A stretch of DNA of 64,000 nucleotides from assembly GCF_006345805.1 (NCBI RefSeq), contig NC_042998.1, forward strand, positions 31,310,001 to 31,374,000, written 5' to 3'. Source of the stretch: Octopus sinensis. Its lineage: Eukaryota. The first letter of the stretch is position 1. Each line of letters opens with the position of its first letter. The notes under the pieces were generated by a model, which ran no database searches, was not told the origin of the DNA, and saw nothing but the letters and a program-made list of their open reading frames with translations. This document shows positions 52,509 to 62,769 of this stretch, one piece after another. Position numbers and translations under genes: made by a program.

Positions 52509-53607
52509 TGTTAAATCGTCGTTCAACTCCATTCTTTCATTTATTTATATATATATATACATATATCTTACTTATTGATGTACATTGTTTTACTCTGTTT
52601 TATTCTGTTGGATTTTGATGTTCCTATTTAATTTGTTAATAAATTATATGAATTGATATTATCTGTAAGTTGATGATTGAAAGGAATCTGTTCCTCCATT
52701 TTCTTATTTGTATGTATATATATATATTTGCGCGTGCACACATACATATACGCACACTAGTTAATATTTTTCTGTAACACTAACACAAGGCCGCACGCTA
52801 ATCGATTATATCGATTCCAGTATTTGACTAGTGACAATTTCATTTATCTCAGAAGGATTAAGTAAAGTTCAATTCGGTGAGACTTGGCTTATGTAATGAG
52901 ACGCAAGGAGAGGCTGGCTGGAAATTTGTTCGCTGCCCTGACAATTCTGCTAACCTTCCACTCTTACAAACCAAAACGTTGCAAGTAATGTCCAAACCTC
53001 ACCGAGTCAACATGGATAAATTTACCCACTCTCCTAATCCATTTTTTTTTTTACTCTCCAGAATTATGGATTATCAAAAATGAGAAACAATTGCTACAAA
53101 ATGGAACGGTTAGAGGGGAATAACTCTACTGGACTTAATTTGTAAGGGAAGTAACTCTAGCTACAGTGTAATAATTTTCTTACTATAAACGTTTACTTTT
53201 AAGGAATATTAAAAAAAAGTGTAGTTTAGAACCATTACTGCACAGACTACTGAAAATTAACTCTTTTGTTGTTGTTGACATTTCAGTCAGGTAGTGCAGT
53301 TAGAAAATGAAAAGAACACGTTTGAGATTTCATAAATTCTCGACTGATAGAAAACCGATGAATATTACATTTCACGTGATATATATATATATATATATAT
53401 AAAAGAATAAAAAATACAGTAGTTTTACAGGCATTTAGTTAGCTGCTTTGTATGAGCAGGAATGCTTGATAATTCCTTATTTTGTTTCTACACGAGTCTA
53501 TTCTTCATTTTCCTCTCACCACACTCGCACGATCAAGTTGAGCGAGTCTTCAGAGCGTTGGATGGTATTTGTTTACAACTATGGAGCACCGGACGCTTCG
53601 CGATAGA

Positions 53608-55060
53608 TTAGGTTATACGGAAAGTTTTGAGCGTTTTTAAGCTAAATCCTTTAGCACTTCATTGAACACACCTGAAATGTAGCAGTTAACATTTCGGTGT
53701 TGCTTGAAGTCGCAGTGCATTTCTTTGTCCCTGACTAAAAATAGATCTATCTTCCATTCCGGTTACCCTTTAACATTTGACATGGATAACCTATTTCTTT
53801 ACTACCCACAAGGGGCTAAACACAGAGAGGACAAACAAGGACAGACAAACGGATTAAGTCGATTATATCGACTCCAGTGCGTAGCTGGTACTTAATTTAT
53901 CGACCTCGAAAGGATGAAAGGCAAAGTCGACCTCGGCGGAATCTGAACTCAGAACGTAACGGCAGACGAAATACGGCTACACATTTCGCCCGGCGTGCTA
54001 ACGTTTCTGCCAGCTCGCCAAAAATTTCATATTCGCGTTGTTGTGCTTTTCCTTTATGAAAAAGGAGAAAATGCTGCAAAGACTTGCAAAAACATTTGTA
54101 AAGTTTATGGTGATGATGATGCTGTAGGTGGATGAACTGTTAGAAGGTGGTTTGCAAAATTTAAAGCTGGAGAGTTTAGCTTGGAAGATGACAGTCGCAG
54201 TGGAAGACTTTCAAAACTGGATGAAGTTGTTTTGAAGGAAAAAAAAAAATCGAAGAAAACTGAAATATCACGAGTAGAGAACTTGCAGAGGACTGGAAGT
54301 TTCTAAAAAAATGGCTCATGAACACCTAGTGAAGCTAGGGTACATTTCTTGCTATAATATATGGTCCCTCACAAACTCTCAGAAAGGAATTGCTTAGACC
54401 GGTATCCTATTTGTAATATGCTTTTGAAACGGAATGAAAGCATGTCTTTTTTGAAACAACTGGTAACTGGAGATGAAAAATAGATTGTGTACGAAAATGT
54501 AGTGCGAAAAAAGCCCTGGAGTTTGCATAAGGATCCCTCAAAACAGCAACCAAAGATGAATATCCATGCTAAAAGAGCTATGCTTTGTGTTCGGTGGGAT
54601 CATAAAGACTTATCACAAGCTTCTCACACAAAACCAGACTATTAATGCTGATGTGTACTGCCGCCAGCTGGTTAAGTTGGAATCCACCAAAAATCAAAGA
54701 ATTGAGGCCGGAGATTTCGAACAGGAAAGGGGTAGTGTTCCAACAAGACAATGTCCGACCACATGTGTCTTTGGCTACCCGAAGAAAGTTACATGAACTT
54801 GGCTGGAATCTCTTACCCCATCCACCATATTCTCCTGATATTGCGCCATCCGGCTACCACTTGTTTTTGCCTCTACATAACTCTACATAACAAAGGAAAA
54901 CATTTAACGATTTAGATGGAGTCAAACTGCATTTAGATAACTTTGTCTTCAAAACCAAATTTTATGCTGATGGAATATTTAAATTGCCTGAAAGATGGGC
55001 ATAGGTCATTAATAATAATAGAAATTATTTCATTGAATGAAATTTATTGAAAGGATAAAT
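53608..55060 (+). mobile_element. Mariner transposon (decayed DD34D transposase), interrupted by a SINE after codon 3
   Basis: Left TIR TTAGGTTATACGGAAAGTTTTGAGCG; ATG at 53782; HIR..LF, TVRRWF.KF, W(V)PHKL, VTGDEK, QQDNVRPH, HPPYSPDIAPSGYHLF, GIFKLPERW. Confidence 0.9.
53791..54019 (-). mobile_element. Young family-2 tRNA-derived SINE inside the mariner ORF
   Basis: Near-identical to the copies at 59805, 61234 and 62770; splits ATGGATAAC from (C)AAAAATTTCAT. Confidence 0.9.
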
Positions 55061-55118
55061 AACACATTTAATCTATCAATTATGATCGCTGTTAAGTACT
55101 TGTTTGTTATACTTGTGT

Positions 55119-55658
55119 GACTTATTCAAAAAACAAGGAAGTGGAGAAGGAAATCGTGAAGTTCAAGCACATCATAAGAGTAAAAATGCCCAGTGACACG
55201 TACCCTGAGAGTGTGAAGGGCTTGGTGGTCGATAAGGTAGCCTACGAAAAACTTAAAGACAAGCGCGGGGATAGAATTGACCCGGGCGGAGCGATAGTGG
55301 AGTTTAATGAACTGTCACCAGTAATTGATCTGGTAGAACTGGAGCCGTATATGAAGCGTTAAAAAAAAAGAGGTAAAAAGCGGGGTGGGAAAGAGAGAGA
55401 GAAAGGAAAAGGTATTTTTGAAGAAAAAAATGATAATGGAAAAAACCCCAGATAAAATAACAAGACTGTAATAACAGTGTGTAAAAACGTTCCAATGGTA
55501 CTGCATAAGGAGTGGGGCCCATGCAGCCATTTCATTGTTCATTATTGTATAATATTCATTCTCATCCGTTTTATGCTTACTGTCCCCACTGTGGTGTTGT
55601 GTCTGTCCTTGTAGTGTCCCCTTCTACGTTAGTGGCCTGAGTGCCAAATAAAGAAATC
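55119..55658 (+). mobile_element. 540-bp 5'-truncated retroposed element with 15-bp TSD
   Basis: TTGTTATACTTGTGT at 55104-55118 and 55659-55673; ends ..GTGCCAAATAAAGAAATC; contains an 81-aa frame with no recognisable RT or endonuclease motif. Confidence 0.8.
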
Positions 55659-55673
55659 TTGTTATACTTGTGT

Positions 55674-57414
55674 AGGTTTTCCCTTTTGTGATTATCTTTG
55701 GTAATTAAGTGTTTTTGTGTCATTTTTTTTGACACATTGACTGCTTCGGAAGGTTTGTTTTCATATTTGTTTCCCTCCCCCTTTTAAGGGTGAGCAGTGA
55801 GTAGTTTTGTTTGAAAAGTTTTATTTTTAAACAATATAGAAGTGGCGGACTTCCCTTATGTGTGTTCGACTCCGGAAGAATTGGACAAACTGTGTAAACC
55901 CTTTAGTAAGGATGAAGCTGAAGTATTGTGTCAACGTACAAATATTGGAGTACGGGATTCAAGCCTCTTCTCCTTATCTCCCCAAAGACATACATCATCT
56001 CGAAAGAGTCCAGAAGCTGGCTACCCGCAAGGTTCTTGGTCTCAAGCATTTGTCTTATGAAGAAAGGCTGAAGACGCTCGACCTTTATTCTCTAGAAAAA
56101 CGACGACGCTGTGGTGATCTCATTCTTGCTCACAACATCATAAGCGGAAAGTGTAACTTCTCGAAAGAGCTGTTCTTCACTCCCGTTCCAGAGCGTAGGC
56201 TGCGGGGTCACTCCGAAAAGCTCTATCTGCGACGATTTCATCTCAATCGAAGGAGAGGGGCTTTCTCCGTCCGGGTTGCGGATCCGTGGAATAAGCTGCC
56301 GGATGAGATAGTGAAGATGCCGATGACCGCTCAGTTCAAAGTCTCTCTTGACCAGAAATGGCCTGAACTCTTTGCATGAACACCCATGTACATAACTCCA
56401 TGTCCCCCTACATGGCCTTGCTTTTAGTTTTTTGGACCAAAAAATTAACTTAACTTAACGTACCAGAAAGCATACAAGAGGACAGGGAGGGAACCAGTTG
56501 CGCAGGCGAAGCCTTTGACGAGATGCACAACATCAGCCCGGACTTAAGAAGTTTGATTCAATTTTACAGGGAGAGGGATCAAATGTGAGGCTGATACTCC
56601 CCAGGAGAAATGATGGAAGACGAAAAAAAAGATAACCATTCTTAGGACTGTCTATGAAAACGAAGTGGGTAGAGATGGCATCCAGAGATGCCTTCGAGAA
56701 ATGCCTAAAACCAATATGGAGCAGAATTGAGTAGATCAACAGATGGAAGAGGCTTGGCACAGTAAAGGTGCGATTCGCATCAGAGAAGGAAGCGAAAGAA
56801 CACTCAATAATAACCTTTAAGTCGGCAGAGCTAATGTTGCTGCCGGGAAAAGAACGGCTAGAATCTCACTCGAAGGAATTCCACCAGAAACTAAGACGGA
56901 GTGGCTGATACCAGCCGTATTTGTTAACGTAAAGGATGTAACCATCCGAAAAGGTAAACAGAACTGGTGTGGCAAAAGCTTAAGCCTAATAATTCAGGCC
57001 ACTACTAACGATCTGGAAGAAATGCCAGAATTTGTTGTATTACCAGGATATCTATTTTGACCAGAAATGGCCTGAACTCTTTGCATGAACACCCCTGTAC
57101 ATAACTCCATGTCCCCCTACATGGCCTTGCTTTTTGCTTTTTGAGCCAAAAAATTAACTTAACTTAACGTACCAGAAAGGATAATGGTTGAGGGCAGAAG
57201 ACCAAGGTGCTTCAGGTGCGGTCCAACGGGACACATTAAGGCAACGTGCCCGCTGGACCGGCAACCAAGCCAGACAGCCAGGAGGAGGAAAAGGAAACCC
57301 ACACGTAATAGACAAACAATATGAAAAGAGGACACAAAAGAAAAGCAAGACCATGTCAGGGGAAGCTTTGATAAAAAAGGAATGTACCCAGTAAGAGACA
57401 CCAAAATATCTACC
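55674..57414 (+). mobile_element. ORF1-type retroelement (RRM-like, RRM-like, CCHC knuckle), disrupted by CR1 3' ends
   Basis: TVKVRFASEKEAK; RISLEGIPPE..WLIPAVF; RIMVEGRRPRCFRCGPTGHIKATC (CX2CX4HX4C); basic tail; stops and frameshifts. Confidence 0.7.
55940..56459 (+). mobile_element. CR1-like LINE 3' end with (TTAAC)n tail
   Basis: LEYGIQASSPYL, LERVQKLATR, LSYEERLKTLDLYSLEKRR..GDLI, FSVRV..PWNKLP; a second 123-bp 3' copy lies at 57057-57179. Confidence 0.9.
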
Positions 57415-57643
57415 TATTTCTTTATTACCCACAAGGGGCTAAACACAGAGAGGACAAACAAGGACAGACACACGGATTAAGTCGATTATATCGACCCCAG
57501 TGCGCAACTGGTACTTATTTAATCGATCCCGAAAGGATGAAAGGCAAAGTTGACCTCGGCGGAATTTGAACTCAGAACGTAGCGGCAGACGAAATACAGC
57601 TAGGCATTTCGCCCGGCGTGCTAACAATTCTGCCAGCTCGCCG
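57415..57643 (-). mobile_element. Young family-2 SINE with 14-bp TSD
   Basis: CCAAAATATCTACC at 57401-57414 and 57644-57657. Confidence 0.9.
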
Positions 57644-58955
57644 CCAAAATATCTACCATCAACCTCATATGAGGTGAGTAACAAAGATTGGACTATGGCT
57701 AAAAAACACCCTACCTTACACCCACATAAATACTTCAAACATACAAAAACCAGCATCCACACACACAGAGTTTATACACAATACACACAAATCGTACTCC
57801 TTTGTTTCCAACAGAACTTATTACAATCTACTCACTCAGGGCATCACACCACTAGCACCACTCAGAAAACCACCTTGGTCACATACTGAGATTCACGTAC
57901 CAACGCTTCCACAACTGAACACACAACGTGCTCAAAATTATTGCATGGTTCTTACATTAATTGTTGCCGCTTTTCTAACTGTGACTGATATGGTGCTGAA
58001 AAGACTTATTCTCAGTAATTCAGTTGGAACTATGTCGTCCCATGGTGATTAAAGTGAGTTTATATTTGAAAAGAAAAAAAAGGAACTTATTGATATAAAT
58101 TATTCTACAGTTCTTGATGCGTGGTTCAAATCAACAAAGACTCAAAATGATGAGTATTATAAAATGACAATTCGCTGAGACAAAATGGCAGAGTAAGGCT
58201 CCAAATTTGTAAATTGTGTGTCATTAGTTCGTATTCCACAGTCGTAGCTGTGTAAAGTTTCAAATGATTAAAATTAATGCCGCATTTACTTAAAAAATAT
58301 ATTGAAAGGTGAATTATTCATATACCTTTTTGCATATTAAAATTCGCTCAGAACTTTCCAGACAACCTAATATTTTCGAAATTTGAAGTGTGTTCAAATC
58401 TTGCCATGAACTACTTGAACTTAATTCGTCGCTTGGTTTTACACTACATTTGGCACATTGGCTATTTCAATTAGAATCTCGTCTTCTGCCAGCATTCAGG
58501 CTTTCTCCGGTTTGAAGATACCTTCTCAGATTTGGAGGCCTTTATCGAATCAGATCAAATTGTCTAAGGCTATCAAACTGTCCTGTTAAATTTGTGATAT
58601 TTCATAAGAACCAAAATTTATTTATTCTTGCATTTCATGAGAATATCGAATGAACATTTTAAAAACAGAACTAAAAAAATAAGATGTATTGAAAAAAAGA
58701 CTAATATTTTAGATTTTCGTTTTAATTTGATTTGGCAGATTAATATTTTAACATTCCGTCTTCTGTGCCATCCGTGACAATGCCATATTATAATCTTTCA
58801 AACGTAGTCATATCTCCCCAGGTTTCAGCGAGCTTCCATTTTCTATGCCTTCACTCACATACTAGTGATCAGAAAACTAATTGGCAAACATTAGGTGAAA
58901 TTTATAATATAAACTAGTCCAAGCTTCAGTATTCGCTGTCGTATTATTCGAAATG

Positions 58956-59292
58956 TGAAGGCGCATGGCTCAGTGGTTAGAGCGTCGAGCTTACGATCGT
59001 GAGGTTGTGAGCTCGAATCCCGGAGCGGGCTGCGTGTTGTGTTCTTGAGCAAGACACTTTATTTCACGTTGCTCCAGTTCACTCAGCTGTAGCAATGAGT
59101 TGTGACGTCACAGGTGCCAAGCTGTATCGGCCTTTGCCTTACCCTTGGATAACACTGGTGGCATGGAGAGGGGAGGCCGGTATGCATGGGCGACTGCTGG
59201 TCTTCCATAAAACCACCTTGCCCAGACTTGTGACTAGGAGGGTAACTTTCTAGGCGCAATCCCATGGTCAGTGTCGTGACCGAAGGGAGTCC
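58956..59292 (+). mobile_element. tRNA-derived SINE with CORE-like central domain
   Basis: TGGCTCAGTGGTTAGAGC (A box), GCTCGAATCC (B-box-like), then TTCTTGAGCAAGACACTT..CTCAGCTGTA; an older relative lies at ~11843-12120. Confidence 0.8.
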
Positions 59293-59304
59293 CAGACTAG
59301 ACCA

Positions 59305-59717
59305 ATATACGAAATACAAGCAACTCATTGCACTTTGGCCAGTTGCTCACATTAAACAACAATTGGTCTTCATTATCGCAACATCAATATCTCGAGACGA
59401 TATCAACTCAGTACAAAACACTACAACATGTATTTTCTATGATGTAGTTACATTTAATCATCTGGTTAGTGGTTTCAAAACAAGCATTTGTTACTTGAAC
59501 ATTGTCGTTCATAAGCTTTCTCATCAGATATCATTGGTGCATATGTAGTCCATGAGAAACGAAGCTGACGGTAAGGAACCGGGCTGGTTTGAAACTTAAA
59601 ATCAACATCAAGAAACGCATCAAACCTCAGAGAAGCAGCAATGGAACTAAGTCCCTGCGTAATCAGATGGTGTAAATTCATGTATGTTGGGAAATCAATA
59701 TCCAAACTTCTTTGTCC
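59305..59717 (-). pseudogene. TUBA: Alpha-tubulin pseudogene fragment (approx. residues 213-375)
   Basis: LDIDFPTYMNLHHLITQGLSSIAASLRFDAFLDVD..FQT..VPY..TYAPMISDEKAY..TNACFE..NQM.KC..LAKVQ* matches alpha-tubulin LDIERPTYTNLNRLI..SSITASLRFDGALNVD; frameshifts and an internal deletion. Confidence 0.92.
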
Positions 59718-59790
59718 GCCCGCACAGCTCAGTCGGTAGAGCATCAGATTTTCAATCTGAGGGTTGCTGGTTCAAGTCCCTCTGCGGGCG
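59718..59790 (+). tRNA. tRNA-Lys(UUU)-derived gene or pseudogene with TTC (Glu) anticodon
   Basis: GCCCGCA/TGCGGGC acceptor stem, GCTC/GAGC D stem, TCAGA/TCTGA anticodon stem, loop TT-TTC-AA, TTCAAGT T loop; U8 is C and the T stem has two mismatches. Confidence 0.8.
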
Positions 59791-59804
59791 CGTAGTTTAT
59801 TTCA

Positions 59805-60040
59805 AGGTGGCTAGCTGGCAGAAACGTTAGCACGCCGGGCGAAATCCGTAGCCGTATTTCGTCTGCCGTTACGCTCTGAGTTCAAATTCCGCCGAGGTCA
59901 ACTTTGCCTTTCATCCTTTCGGGGTCGATAAATTAAGTTCCAGTTACGCACTGGGGTCGATGTAATCGACTTAATACCTATGTCTGTCTTTGTTTGTCTC
60001 CTCTATGTTTAGCCCCTTGTGGGTAATAAAGAAATAGGTA
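59805..60040 (+). mobile_element. Young family-2 SINE
   Basis: Full head-to-tail match to the other family-2 copies. Confidence 0.9.
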
Positions 60041-60240
60041 TATCAACGACAAACGCCCGATCAGTGTTGCAGGGTAGTTTGAACGGTTGGAAGGAGCTGC
60101 ACCGTTCTAATGGAGCTGTTTAACTCATGGCACCGAATAAACTTAAAATCCAAGCGGTTTGCTTCAGTCCAGGATTAGGCCTTTCATGAAGAGAGATTTG
60201 AATTAAGAAAAATATGCCATGCAAAAGCAGACGGCATTAA

Positions 60241-61200
60241 CCCTCAAAACATGGAGGTGACCGTAGCAGTCCTGTGTTGAAGCCATTTAAAAAAAATATA
60301 TAAAAAATATTTAATATAAATCAACGGTGCTGTAAATTAATACTATATTTTGAACTTATCCCAAGATATTGGTAAAAATATTGTGTTTGAACTTTCAGTT
60401 AAAAGTAAAGTCTGTGTAAATAAATCGGGTCGCTGTAGTCCTGTCAACAATGTTTTTTTGTAGATAAAAATAAATCCGTATCAAGAAACAGACCCTTGAA
60501 TTTTCTTTAGTGTTCGGAAACTAGGACACACTTGACCAACTGAGTAGATGCTATTCGGTGAGACGAACCACACGAAGATGGCCAATGCAATGTTTTGATT
60601 TTTTTATTGTCCATACGGACTAACAAAGAGGGGACAATACAATACATTTGGGGACACAGTACAAATGAAAAAAAAAGAATAAAACGTATGATATAGTGCA
60701 AAAAACAATGAAAGTGTTAAATGGAAATGTTACTTGCCTTTACCTCTGTATCCCATTATGTATTCCATTATTTTTAGTTCCTCATAATCTATAGATTTTG
60801 GCAATTCTTGTCATAGTTCGCTTTCCATATCTCACATCCTTCTGTGTATCCTTTAATTTCGTTCATTTGCTGTTCAGTTATTAATACACATGTATGTTCA
60901 CCGCCACGACAAAGATGGCCAATGCAATATTTTACAACCTGATTGATACGTTTTTTTGTTGTTGTTATATTTTGAAAAGCAGCTACAAAATCAAACAGGA
61001 CAAACTCTAATCTAGACAGGAATTTCTTAAAATGTTGGCTGAGGAACTCCTTGGTGGCGAGGAACCTGATGAAATAATTTCAGTATCCAAAAAGAGAAGA
61101 ATTTGCGGGATTTGTCATTAAGGAAAAGAAAAAAAGAATTAACTGTCAAAAATATTAGATTTTTGCATGCGGGATGAATAATTTCATTCTCAATAGCGTA
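60241..61200 (+). mobile_element. piggyBac transposon remnant
   Basis: TTAA|CCCT at 60237-44; DTLDQL..YSVRRTTRRWPM, YNLID, RQEFLKMLAEEL and KRRICGIC C-terminal Cys-rich motif; the RRWPM segment occurs twice. Confidence 0.7.
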
Positions 61201-61233
61201 GCGATTCCTTGCATGGTTATTAACTAGTTTAAA

Positions 61234-61451
61234 AGGCGGCGAGCTGGCAGAAACGTTAGCACGCCGGACGTATTTCGTCTGTCGTTACGTTCTGAGTTCA
61301 AATTCCGCCGAGGTCGACTTTGCCTTTCCTCCTTTCGGGGTCGATTGAATAAGTCGCAGTTACGCACTGGGGTCGATGTAATCGACTTAATCCGTGTGTC
61401 TGTCCTTGTTTGGCCCCTCTGTGCTTAGCCCCTTGTGGGTAGTAAAGAAAT
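61234..61451 (+). mobile_element. Young family-2 SINE with 16-bp TSD
   Basis: TGGTTATTAACTAGTT at 61214-61229 and 61452-61467. Confidence 0.9.
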
Positions 61452-62769
61452 TGGTTATTAACTAGTTCATCAGTATATGCTAAGAAAACCTTCATTTGAA
61501 AAGTAGACAGTGTTATAATGGCCACTGCAAAGTTAGCGTTGCATGTGGCAGAATGGATTCGGTGTCAAAAAGTAGATCTCCACTCCATGGATTAGGGGAT
61601 TTCAGTGTTAGGGGATGGGGTTTATTAGTTTGTATCTTCAATCTTCTGAGCATGATAGATAGGCTCATTAACGACAAACATCCAAATTATTATTACAAAA
61701 CACCCGAGACAGTCCTTTATGATCCGAGTGAAATTTGATCTTTTCAGCATTGAGATCTCAAAGGATCCAAGAACATATTTTCACCTCTCGTCTCACAGAT
61801 CAATTAGCTAATTCGGAAATCTTCACATTGATTTGTCCATTAGGGAATATTCCATGTTCCGGGCAGGAAAGGTTCTAGTGGTAATCGTTCACCTAGACAA
61901 CGGTTTGTGCAAAAATACATTTTTTTTCTTGGAAGAAAAGTAACATTTTGTATCGAACACAAAACTCGCACATAAAATTAAAAACGGAATAGTGTTCAAT
62001 AATACGTATTATCGTTGGCACGATTTCAATTCCTGGTTCGGGTAAATTGAAATATTTTTATATATGAATTTCTAACATATAGTGGGTAATAAAGAATCAA
62101 TGAATTTCTTACGTGTTAAGGATAAAAAGATTTAATTGACCTTTGTGCTCCTCCCGTACTTTTAATTATCAGACCGCAGGTGAAAAAAAGTGAAGGTAAC
62201 TTTACTGTGATATGAACTCATTGATATTGAATATGAAAATCAAAATTGTAGACAATTATTTTGGATTGGATTAAATTTTAAGAGGAAGAAAGAAAGTTGT
62301 AAAATAACTTTCTGACTTTGCCTCGTAATTGAAACTACGACATCTCTGTTTCTGTGTTTTCTTTACACTCTCACTATATCTTTACTTTTGAAAAATATTA
62401 AGCAGAGGGATTCAAATTCTGTGGACTTTAAAGAGCGTTACTTCGATTGAAATCAGAAATGCTTCCGACGATATCAAATTATGAAAGCAAAATATAACCT
62501 ACCATAACTGAAGGTCCAGATGATTCACCAGGCAAAGAAAAGATTAAAATCCAGAAAACATCAAAGAAATTGGCGACCATTTTTTTCGGTACTACTAGTG
62601 AACATCCGCGCTAGCTAGTCGTAAATAGTCGATCCTACAACGACTTCAGTTGTGGTTCCAAGGGCTGATGCTGGTTAACCAAATAAGGCATTACAGCAAA
62701 TAAAGCATTACTCCTCAAAATCACACTGTTTAGGGTTCAGGACTGTCGTTGATGGTACAAACACCCCAA

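Larger units (their letters stand above)
52138..52550. repeat. ~410-bp palindrome (two ~200-bp arms, about 5 substitutions and 1 indel, GCGA centre)
   Basis: Arms compared base by base; axis at 52343/52344. Confidence 0.95.
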
